In this document: piece by piece, positions 37,627-47,804 of the stretch
How the letters are laid out: each line of letters starts with the position of its first letter
Numbering within the stretch: the first letter of the stretch is position 1
Origin: Trichodelitschia bisporula
Taxonomy: Eukaryota
Assembly: GCA_010356995.1 (NCBI GenBank)
Contig: ML996692.1
Location: 321,933 to 385,932 of the forward strand
Direction of reading: 5' to 3'
DNA: 64,000 nucleotides
Translations under genes and position numbers: made by a program
The notes under the pieces: generated by a model
Database searches by the model: none
Told to the model about the DNA's origin: nothing
What the model saw: only the letters and a program-made list of their open reading frames with translations

Positions 37627-39567
37627 ATGTATCGCCCCGTGCCGAGCGACAACTCCAACATTTCCCTTTCACAGCTCAAGGGCCCGCTAGCCCCAGACAT
37701 CACCGAGCAGCCTTCGAGGCCCATCACACCCGCCCCGCGTCGCAACCATGCCCGACCCTGGGCTTCCATCTGGCACACCGCGGTCCCCATTTCCCTAACC
37801 ATCATCCCCCTCATCGCCTTCATCGTCTGGCTCGCCATCTCAAGCCGCAAAAACGGCGAAATCAGCAGCCTCTCCGGCACCATCGGCGGCCGCCTCACGC
37901 AAACCCAAGCCAAAGCCGTCGACTTCATCTGCGGCGCCGTGCTGGCCCCGGCCACCGTGCTCCTGCTCAACTTCTACTGGTTCGGAAACACGCTGGTCAC
38001 GGCGGTAAATGAAAAGGGTTCTGCTGTGCCGCTGGTCACCCTCGTCGAGGCGAGCATGACGGACTCGGGCTCGTACAGTGTGTTGAAACTTTTCAATCTG
38101 GTGCGGAGCAAGACGCCCCGCATGCTCAGCCTTGCTGCGCTGGTGCTGCTCTCTGCATTGACGAAGACAGCGTTTTCGAACTTCATCGCGTATGAGGCGT
38201 ACACGGACGCATCTATCGCCTCGACGGCTAAGCTTCGCGCGCTCAATATGCCGTTTCGTCTCAGTCCGCTGGCAGGTTTAAGCACCAACCCGTACAACTA
38301 CACCCGGACTCAGTGGTTGAATTTCGGCAGCCAAGCAGTTGGGATGCTCAACGATGTAGCTTACTACAGCGCCGCCGACAAGCTGGTTGATGACACGTAT
38401 GTGGGCATAAATGCGACCCAAGCTGCCCTGAACTCCCTTCCGCCAGAGGTCGTCGCCCTTCAAGATGTGCCCGGCTACCGCCTGTCTGTGGATTGCCGCG
38501 CCGTGCCGCCTGATACACTGGGAGTCACGCAAATGGGCGGATTTAGAGTGGCAATATCCGCGATCCTCGACGACGGAACCTTGTACATTGGGGACTTTCC
38601 CGGGCAGGCGACGGTTTTGACGAACAGTTACAACGATAACTACAGCTTTATCGGGTTCAATGGGAAGACCAGCGCATATCTCGGGTATATGACCTCGTTC
38701 AATCTAACCCGCACCAATCGAACAGAGGATTCCCCCTACGGAAAAATCACCTTCAAGGCATATAACATGACCGGCCAAGGCAAAACCGACACCGGCACCG
38801 GCGGCTTCAGCGGTACGAAAACGGTTATGTCCAGCTGGGGTTTCCGCTGCCAGGTCTTCCGACAAGCAGGCGCGCACAACCTGCGGCGCAATCCCGATCT
38901 GACCTGGAGGCTGGCAGGCAGCACATGGCCGTCTTCGGAAGCCAAAGTTCTTCACCCGCTCCTGCTCGCCGACTGGCAAACGAGCCTGAACTACCGCGCT
39001 CCCGGCTCGTTCGACAGTGCGACCTCCCAGCCCGGCCTCGCTCCGGCCTTCTTCCAGGGCGCACGCATATGCCCCAAGGACGCAGACACACCGACCGGGT
39101 GCCCATCATCAGTAGTTGACTACAAGCTCAACGTGCTGAACTTCCTGTACGCGGCCGGGGAAATGGAGCGCATAGCGCTGGAGGTGCTGAACGCGAACTT
39201 GACTTCCAACGACGGCCAATTCCAAGTAGCAGGACAACGCAGCACGCTCTTCTACCGCATCACCTACGTGCCTGCCATTCTGATCGTCGGGCTGCTGAGC
39301 ACGTTCCTAGCTGGCGTCATCACCCTCGGCTTCACTTTTGTCAGTTGGCGGACGGTCGGTTTCCGTCTCTGGCGCCCGGTGGACTCGTTGCGTGTGATTA
39401 TCGACAGTGCGCACTCGTTTCGCGATGATCCGACGGTGCAGGAGATGAGTGGGGCGGATACGGAGACACTCGAGGAGTGGGCGACGAAGTTCCACGTCAA
39501 GTATCAAGCGCAGTCGTCGAGCGAGGCTGCTCCTCTTAGGCTGGTGGCCTTGGATGGGAAGTCGTGA
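37627..39567 (+). CDS. Uncharacterised fungal membrane protein (3 N-terminal TM segments, large luminal domain, C-terminal TM)
   Basis: 646-aa single-exon ORF with coding-like codon use, hydrophobic segments and several NxS/T sites. Confidence 0.75.
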   Translation: MYRPVPSDNSNISLSQLKGPLAPDITEQPSRPITPAPRRNHARPWASIWHTAVPISLTIIPLIAFIVWLAISSRKNGEISSLSGTIGGRLTQTQAKAVDFICGAVLAPATVLLLNFYWFGNTLVTAVNEKGSAVPLVTLVEASMTDSGSYSVLKLFNLVRSKTPRMLSLAALVLLSALTKTAFSNFIAYEAYTDASIASTAKLRALNMPFRLSPLAGLSTNPYNYTRTQWLNFGSQAVGMLNDVAYYSAADKLVDDTYVGINATQAALNSLPPEVVALQDVPGYRLSVDCRAVPPDTLGVTQMGGFRVAISAILDDGTLYIGDFPGQATVLTNSYNDNYSFIGFNGKTSAYLGYMTSFNLTRTNRTEDSPYGKITFKAYNMTGQGKTDTGTGGFSGTKTVMSSWGFRCQVFRQAGAHNLRRNPDLTWRLAGSTWPSSEAKVLHPLLLADWQTSLNYRAPGSFDSATSQPGLAPAFFQGARICPKDADTPTGCPSSVVDYKLNVLNFLYAAGEMERIALEVLNANLTSNDGQFQVAGQRSTLFYRITYVPAILIVGLLSTFLAGVITLGFTFVSWRTVGFRLWRPVDSLRVIIDSAHSFRDDPTVQEMSGADTETLEEWATKFHVKYQAQSSSEAAPLRLVALDGKS

Positions 39568-41564
39568 TCCACGAAGGACGAAAGCGGTCAACACTGCCAC
39601 ACCGGCGTCGAGGGCCAGTAATCACTGCATCTGAGCACATGGATGTCGCTGCGGCTCGGCCTGTGTTTAGTTATGATGTCGGGGCTTGGGGAAGGTGATG
39701 AGTTATCCTCCGCTCCGCCGTCGGTGTCCGTTCGCGGCTCGGCAATGCGAGGACGAGTTAAGGCCGACCATAACAGCCTTACCGACACTTGGTTTTGGAT
39801 GACTTCAGCTGCGGCGGCCTTGCATAATCGCTGACTAGTTGGTTTCGTGGCGGCGCCTGGCTGAGGTCTTTGCTTCGAGGCCTTCGAGCTGACTGCATTG
39901 TGCAGACTGGTGAAGCGACCTGGAGTTCTCCACCAAGGCGGAAGACTGGCGTCGCAATTCATTGGTCTGCTTCGAGAGCGGGATGTCTTCCTTAAACGCC
40001 GACGAGGAATTTGCGGTGGAGCGGTGAGCTTTGTAAGCTTCTCTTTGTGGGGCCAGAGGGTCCAAAGGAGCTATCAGTCGTTCGGCTACTGTAGTAGTCA
40101 TTCTTGGAGATCTCTAGCAGACCAAATTCAAATCGATCGTGGAGCATGTCGTCGTCTCGATTAGGGAACTAACCATAAAGAAGAAACCCTTCCCTCACTG
40201 TTATCACCGAATTATCTGACTACAGCGGCAGGGCGGGACTACCAGCGCCGCAGTCATCAAGTCCCCAGCCCACACAAATTAATACGCCCAAGATATCCGA
40301 TCTAAATCTCACCGATCGCCACCAGGAACACTGGCGGCCTCAAATCCGACAACCACGTCTCAATCTCCCATGCTCGTTCCTGTCGCTATACCGTACATTG
40401 TAATATCAAAGCAAAGTAACCGCATCTCATTAGACCCCCGCGCTAGATCTAAGGTGGAAAACTACCGAACCGAGGAACTACGCATGCACTGCGGTCGTCT
40501 GCGTTGGTCGTCACGTGTGGAGCGAGAGGAGGGGAGGGAGACGTTATCCCGAGAGCCTCGCTTTGCTCTCTTCGCGCCGGGATATGTGTGGTGAGCTGAG
40601 CGTGCAGAGATCCCGTATCATGCAGCCGGACGGGCTGCGAGGATCCAGAGCTGCGAAGTTTGATGCAAGGCGAGGTTTGTGCGGCGGGAAGCCCCCACTC
40701 GCCTGGGTGCGGGGAATGTCGGGGGCCTTGCATCACTGCAGGCCGCTACGGTACCTCAAAATTGTACCGTAATGCGGCTCGAGCCGACCCCGAGGCTCAC
40801 TTTCTCGGGGCTCACGGTGGATTAATATACAACGTGGTACCGGTTTGGGGGTTGTTAGCCGGCTGGGCGTGAGATTTAGGTGAGATGGAGGTGCTTGGGC
40901 CTGGTGTGATTTGACGTTGGGGGCGATATTACGGTCAAGGCTTGCTGCGGTGTTTAGACGCGGTGGAAGTGTGGATAAGAATTTTTTTGGTGGAGGTTGG
41001 TTGCATGACATATCCCGGGTGAAGACATGGCTTGCTCTCTAGTGAGGGGAAAGGCTCGATTATCAATCACCTTCCCTTGGCCCCTCTTTGTTGAATTCCC
41101 TGACGCGCCTATCGTCATGACCCTCCACTTCTTCCCGCTCCCATGCAGATCGTCAGGCTGATGCCGTGGGGCGGCTTAATTCCGGACCATTTGCGGTCCA
41201 GCGCGAAGTATCGTAGGGCGGCTTTATTCTCTGCCCCTCTCACTTGGCTTGCACGTAACCTTAACCCCGCTTGGGAGTGGCGGGCGCGGGCGTATGCTGT
41301 GAATATGTGAGAACGGTGACGGGGGGTAGGGAAGGTTCCACCGAGGCGCTTGTGAGGGGCGAGCGGGGCTCCGGGGCTCCAGGTCGCGTAACTACGTAGT
41401 ATCTGCTAGAAGGGGTGGGGTGCGAGGGTGTGTATATTAACTGTCGGGGAGAAGCTCTCGTTCTAGCTTCCGAACTCTCTCCTCTTGACTTCAACACCGT
41501 TTGCAACTCTCCGATCCTACACCTACACTTACGAATTGATCAGTTGATACATATACCAGCAAAT

Positions 41565-43050
41565 ATGGTGGCCACTAAGCCTGATATCGACTTCGAGACC
41601 TTCTACAACATCGTCGACGGCCAGAAGCGCTCCGCCTCCTCCTTCACCAATGGCGTCGACCCCACCACCGCCGAGAAGCTGTGGGACGTCCCCGTCGCCA
41701 CGGAGCAGGACGTGAACGACGCCGTCGACGCCGGTAACCGCGCCTTCAAGTCCTGGTCCAAGACGCCCATCGAGAAGCGCCGCGAGCTCATGAATCAATT
41801 CGTCGACCTGTACGATGCCTACACCAAGGAGTTCACAACCCTCATCTGCAAGGAAACGGGCAAGCCCGCCATGTTCGGCGGCTCAGAGGTCCAGTCCGTC
41901 AAGGAGATGATCTCCCATCATGCTAGCCTCGACCTCCCCGTCGAGAAGTACGAGGACGATGACAAGTCCGTCACAACCCGCTTCGTGCCCCTCGGCGTCG
42001 TCGGCGCGATCTGCCCCTGGAACTTCCCTATGCTGCTGAGCGCGGGCAAGATTGGCCCGGCGCTTATTGCTGGCTGCACGATAATCCTCAAGCCCTCGCC
42101 CTTCACGCCCTACACTGGCCTTAAGCTCGTCGAGCTTGCGCAGTCGGTCTTCCCGCCCGGTGTTGTGCAGGCGCTTGGCGGCGATGACAGGCTCGGGCCG
42201 TGGATGACCGCCCACCCCGGCATTGCGAAGATCTCGTTCACTGGGTCCGTCGCGACGGGCAAGCGCATCATGGAGGCGTGCTCCAAGACGCTAAAGCGCA
42301 TCACCCTCGAGCTGGGCGGGAACGACCCGTGCATCGTGATGCCGGACGTTGACCTGGACAAGGCGGTGCCGGAGGTAACCATCGGGTGCTTCTTCAACTC
42401 AGGCCAGGTACGTCTCATCCCCACCCTTCTTCAGAAGCAACTAACAACCCCAGGTCTGCGTCGCAACCAAGCGCGTCTACATCCACGAATCCATCTACGA
42501 CGAATTCGTCAAGCGCATGGTGGCCTTCACCAAAGCCGCGCTCAAAGTCGGGCCTAGCCACGAGCCCGGCGTCATGATCGGGCCGATCCAGAACTCAATG
42601 CAGTACGAGCGGGTCAAGGGCTTCTTCGACGACAGCAAGAAGCAAGGTTACAAGTTCGCAACCGGCGAGCCCGAAGTGCGCGAGGGCAAGGGCTTCTGGA
42701 TCACGCCCACCATCATCGACAACCCTCCGACCGAGTCGCGCATCATCCAGGAGGAGCCCTTCGGCCCCATCGTGCCGACGCAGCCGTGGAGCGATCTGGA
42801 CGAAGTCATCGCCCGCGCCAACAACACGAACGTCGGTCTCGGCGCCAGCGTGTTCACGAAGGATATCGCGAAGGGAGAGGAGATTGCGGCGCAGCTGGAG
42901 GCGGGCAATGTCTTCATTAACAGCTTCACGAAGCCCATTCCCCAGGCGTACTTCAGCGGACATAAGGAGAGCGGGATTGGCGGCGAGTGGGGGAATCAGG
43001 GCGTGCTGTCGTACTGCAATGCGCATGCGGTGCATGTGTACAAGAAGTGA
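41565..43050 (+). CDS. Aldehyde dehydrogenase
   Basis: ICPWNFP, LKPSPFTP, FTGSVATG, LELGGND, FFNSGQ|VC (catalytic Cys), EEPFGP, GHKESGIG. Intron 42408-42453. Confidence 0.95.
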
Positions 43051-43314
43051 GTTGCTGTAATACCCGATTAGTCGCGAACGTACATAACGAGGAATTTATG
43101 CACTATGCCTCCTCCGCTCCGAAGTCGAACTTGTGATTCCCGAAGTAGGTGCAGCGAGATATCTGCGTGGCATCTGGGTGTCTGGTGGCTTACTGGCGTA
43201 TTAACCGAGCACGTGGCGCAGGTGATGCAAACACTGTATATAAACTGAGTCTGAAGTCAGAATATATACAGTAGAGTTCTCATCACTGCTTCCGCCCTCA
43301 TTACTGCGGCGTGG

Positions 43315-43525
43315 TTGCTGTACACGTGGATTTCAGCGTTAGCAGCTTCTACTCTTCCGGACTTATCGGTGTAAAAGTGAAGAAGGTATCGCCGGATCTA
43401 ACGATAGTCGGAAAGCTTAGATCCGACTATCGTCAGATCCGGCGATGCCTTCCACTCTTTTATACCGAAAGTCCGGAAGAGCAGTACGTAGTAGCTGTTG
43501 GTGCTGAGATCCACGTGCACGGCGA
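43315..43525. repeat. Long imperfect inverted repeat / foldback hairpin (arms 43315-43412 and 43422-43525, 9-nt loop); candidate hairpin RNA
   Basis: Direct alignment of the left arm with the reverse complement of the right arm, e.g. gaaggtatcgccggatctaacgatagtcgga pairing with tccgactatcgtcagatccggcgatgccttc. Confidence 0.9.
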
Positions 43526-43681
43526 GTTGGAGTGGATCGTTGAGGAAAGGGTTGTGATCCTTTTAAGCTGGAGTCTGGGAGGATGTTGGCTGGGATGGAT
43601 CGATGCGGCGTGGCGTACGGGTAGCCGATGTAGCGGGTTATGCTTGTGGAGAATATACAGTGTCGTTAAGCATGCAGTTGA

Positions 43682-44779
43682 TCAGTCTTTGCCCGTCTCA
43701 TCCGGCGCCTTCGCCTTCGGCGGCCTTCCCCTCTTCTTTGCCATCACCTGCCCGACATCAGCTTCCTTCCTAGGCCGTCCTCTCCTCCTCGGCACCTCTA
43801 CCACTTTATCCCCATTCTCCTTCCGCGGCCTCCCCCTCTTCTTCACCACCATCGCCCCCACCTCAACAACCTTCCGCGGCCTCCCCCTCTTCTCCACCGT
43901 CACCAACTCCCCAGCAACCTTCCGCGGCCTCACCCTCTCCGTTACCCTCACCAACCCCTCTTCAACGGCCTTCTTAGGCCGTCCCCTCTTCCCCGGCACC
44001 TTTACGCGTACCTCCTCATCCCCCTCCCCAGGCCCCCTAATCACCCTCCCCTCCCACATCAGCACAACACTCCTCTTCACCCACGTACCCTTTCCCACCG
44101 TATACCGCATCCCCACCGTAATACCTCCTAACCCGCCCTCCTCCGCCGCAGCGTTCCAAACCCACTGCCCGCACCACCCCGTCTCGGGATGTACTTGGAC
44201 ATATCCGACTGCCCTCCCCGCCGCGGCTATCGCTTCCCGAACACCTCGAGTCGCCAGCCCCGTGCTAATTAGCAGCCCCAGTAACCCTCCCCCATCATGG
44301 CCTTCCCCCGCCATGGCCCCTACGAGCTCCCGCACCGAGTCGGGGCCAATGGGGTGGCGTTTACACTGCGCAACGATGCGCAGTGCGGCGCCGGGGGGGA
44401 GGGACGGGGGAGACCAGGTCCCGCGTAGATCTATCCCTAAGTCGTTGGGGCCGCCGACCCGGGTTAGACGTAGGCCGGAGAGGGAGAGGGTGTGGAGCAC
44501 GGTGTATTCGTAGTGCAGGCCGAGGTAGAGGGGGGATGCTGGGGAGAGGTGTGTGCGGGTGGCGTGGGTTAGGAAGGAGGGGAGGGAGGTGTGGATTTGG
44601 GAGCCTGCGGCTGGGGGGAGGGTGAGGGAGGTGCTGGTGGTCGAAGGTTGTTTACGTTTGCGGGAGGAGGTAGGTTTGGGTGTCGGGGACGCATCGGGTG
44701 TGTTGGAGGGCTTGGTGCGGTAGAGGCGCGTGCGGATGCTGGTTGGGAGGGCCGGTTTAGGGAAGCGCCGGCATAGCAT
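43682..44779 (-). CDS. RRG7: RRG7 / DUF2034 mitochondrial protein (Mrr-like PD-(D/E)xK fold) with C-terminal AT-hook array
   Basis: LPSFL.HA...YLGLHYEYTV, GGPNDLGIDL, AQCK, VRELVGA, QWVWN. Transit-like N-terminus; RGRP repeats in the tail. Confidence 0.85.
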   Translation of the reverse strand: MLCRRFPKPALPTSIRTRLYRTKPSNTPDASPTPKPTSSRKRKQPSTTSTSLTLPPAAGSQIHTSLPSFLTHATRTHLSPASPLYLGLHYEYTVLHTLSLSGLRLTRVGGPNDLGIDLRGTWSPPSLPPGAALRIVAQCKRHPIGPDSVRELVGAMAGEGHDGGGLLGLLISTGLATRGVREAIAAAGRAVGYVQVHPETGWCGQWVWNAAAEEGGLGGITVGMRYTVGKGTWVKRSVVLMWEGRVIRGPGEGDEEVRVKVPGKRGRPKKAVEEGLVRVTERVRPRKVAGELVTVEKRGRPRKVVEVGAMVVKKRGRPRKENGDKVVEVPRRRGRPRKEADVGQVMAKKRGRPPKAKAPDETGKD

Positions 44780-45288
44780 TGAAGATTCGGCGTCGAGCTG
44801 GTTGAGAAGGAGAGTGTGAGGTCGAGCGTGGAGCCGTCAACTGTTATCGCGATGGTGGGGTGTTGAGCCGCGAGAGGCAGGTGCGACGGGAAGTGAGGAC
44901 AGCCGGTTTAGGGAGGTGCCGGCATGGCATTGGGAATGCGGTAGTGAGCGTTGCCGTGGGCGAGGAGGGATGCGGAACTTGAGTGTAGAGTTGTCAGCTG
45001 TTCTCGAAGTCGTGGTGTTGAGCCGCGACGCGCCGCGCCGCGCTCCGCATTCGGGCCCCTTCACCGTATCGTCAATTCTCGGGTGCCGAGACCGGTTAGT
45101 TAGGGCCGATAAGGCCGGGGGGTGGCTTCTACTCCACCACCAGACACCGCATCTCCAGCTCTACTCGGCCAGCAACTTTCGCCGCACTTCACGTTTTCGC
45201 TGGTCAATGCCAGTTTAGGCTTTGCACCCTCGCGCTGCTGTTGCGCTCTGCTTCGCGGCCTCAGCTTCGCGGCCTCGCTACGCTCGGT

Positions 45289-47214
45289 ATGGCGGAGGCT
45301 TCGCATCGCACGGCGCGCTTTGTCGCGGTCGCTGCGGCTACGGTCATTAGCTTGGCTTGTGGGACGAATGTGAGATTCCCGTTCCTAGCATAAAAGAGTC
45401 GCTGGGTGTCCTGGACGTCTATGGGCATGGTTTGAGCCCGGCTTGCGTCGCGATGCTCTTATCATTCTGTCCGCCCCGTTATCAGACCCCGACGTCACTC
45501 CAGCAATTCTGCTCCATGTCTCCGCGATCGCAAGCTAACACCTCCAGTACGCCTACTCCGCCTGGGCCCCCCAATTCGCCGAGCGCCTCAAGCTCACCGC
45601 CACGCAAAGCAACCTCATCGGCAGCGCCGGCAACCTAGGCATGTACGCGTCGGGCGTGCCGCTGGGCTACATGGTCGACCACAAGGGACCGCGGTGGGGC
45701 GTGCTCATCGGCGGGCTAACGCTGGGCTTCGGGTACTATCCCATCAAGACGGCGTTCGATGCGGGACCGGGGTCGATGGGCATGGTTATGCTCATCTTCA
45801 TGTCCTTCCTTACGGGATTCGGCAGCTGCTCGGCGTTCCAGGCGTCGATTAAGACGGCGGCGCTGAACTGGCCAACGCATCGGGGGACGGCGACTGCGTT
45901 CCCACTGGCGGCGTTTGGGCTTAGTGCGTTCTTTTTTACGAGCGTGGCGGGGGTCGCGTTTCCGGGGGATACTTCGAAATACCTGCTCCTGTTGGCGCTC
46001 GGGACTACGTTGATGGTCTTTGCGTCGTTCGTCTTCATCCGCGTGCCCCATCCCGAGGACTACCACGCGCTGGCGACGGGCGAACCTCGACCATCCGTCC
46101 TGCGGCGGGACTCGAACCCGCTGCACCAGCCCACATCATGGAACCGAAGCAGCGCGCTGCGCAAATCCCCGGATGCAGGTAAGCAACTTTTCCTTTCGCA
46201 GATGTGCAGTCCCAGAAGCCATTGACGCGTCGGCTCGGCCTTCACCGTTGGCTCCTCGCGGCGGCATCTGCGCCCCATACTCTCTGCGTGCACGCGAGAA
46301 TAGCTGCCAACTGCGCACAGTAGGCGAATCGTCGGAGTCGGGCACGCCTGACGAGCTTGCAGATGAGGTCTCGTCGCTCCTGTCTGGGAGCTCGGGGCCG
46401 GGCGATATCGAGGCCGATGAGATGCTTAAGCGTTCCGGACAGCATCACTCACATCGTCCAGACATTTCGGGGTTGCAGTTGTTGCCCAAGATAGACTTTT
46501 GGCTGCTTTGGTCCATGCTGGGTATTCTTACGGGGATAGGGCTGATGACGATTAACAACATTGGGAGTGATGTGAGTACAGCGCTCGTTGTCTGGACGCG
46601 GCTAACGGCGCTAGACCCAAGCCCTGTGGTACTTCGACGACCCAGATGCAAGCAAAAAGTTCGTTGCGGACGCCCAGCTCATCCACGTCTCCATCATCTC
46701 CATAATGTCCTTCGTCGGGCGCCTCGCCTCAGGCATCGGCTCCGACTTCCTCGTCAAGCGCCTGCACAAATCGCGCTTCTGGTGCCTCGTCTGCAGCAGC
46801 AGCATCTTCGCCGCCGCGCAATTCGCCGGGTACTCCATCAGCAACCCGCGCTACCTCTGGGTTCTCTCAACCCTCAGCGGTCTCGCCTACGGCGCGCTCT
46901 TCGGCGTGTACCCCGCGCTCGTCGCCGACGCATTCGGCGTCAGCGGCCTAAGCGTCAATTGGGGGTTTATGACGCTGGCGCCGGTGGTGTTTGGGAATAT
47001 CTTTAACCTGGCGTATGGCGCGGTGTTTGATGGGCATTCGCGCGCGGAGCCGGACGGCGAGTTGATTTGCCAGCTTGGGTTGGAGTGTTATCGCCGGGCG
47101 TATGGGATTACGATACTGGCGAGTGGGGTGGGGATTTTGGTGAGTGTGGGGAGTGCGTGGCGGGATCGGGGGAGGTGGACGCCGGTGCCCGAGGTGGATG
47201 ATCATCAAGCGTAG
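45289..47214 (+). CDS. MFS transporter, MCH1/nodulin-like
   Basis: ISLACGTN|YAYSAWAPQFAERL, NWPTHRGTATAFPLAAFGLSAFFF, GIGLMTINNIG. Introns 45370-45547, 46179-46320 and 46572-46614. Confidence 0.9.
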
Positions 47215-47804
47215 GGGATTCGATGGCTGGGATGGGGATATAGAGGTTAGGTTTTGCTTTGCGGGTTGAGCGTTGGGTATGGGCTGTTTGAGAGTTCCTC
47301 TGCTGGGTGGTATGCTGTAGCGATGGGCATAGGCTGTGGGTTTATGGTATCTGATAGACATGGATATGGAGAGTGAGGGTATCACAAGAAACACTGCAAC
47401 CGAGCTCACTTAATATGAAAGGGAAATAACCACAATGTCTCTGAGTTCATCCGACATCAACCGTCCCCACCAACACCACAACACCGCCGTGAAGACCTAA
47501 TTTGCGGGGGAGGACGTGGCGGAAGAGTCTGGTAGGCAAGGTTCAGCCAGGAAGTCGCTAAGCCCAGCCTCAGCGAGGCCGAGCATCAACATTTCACGAG
47601 ACACTCACAAACAAGGCCACCGTAGAACCAAGAGTGCAAAATCAGAGGACATAAAATGCTCATCTTAATAGAAACTTTTCTATCCCCCAATCTATCATAA
47701 CATCATATTCTCGCAACGAGTAAACGCCGATTCCGCCCAAATCATGGGACATCCATCTGTACTTATCCGCCCAGCACAACACGGAAGAGAGAGAAACGAC
47801 CATA

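Noticed and set aside
43311..44513. 400-aa + strand ORF spanning the hairpin and RRG7
   Set aside because: Mostly the antisense of RRG7 and its repeats; starts at GTG; no independent coding signal.
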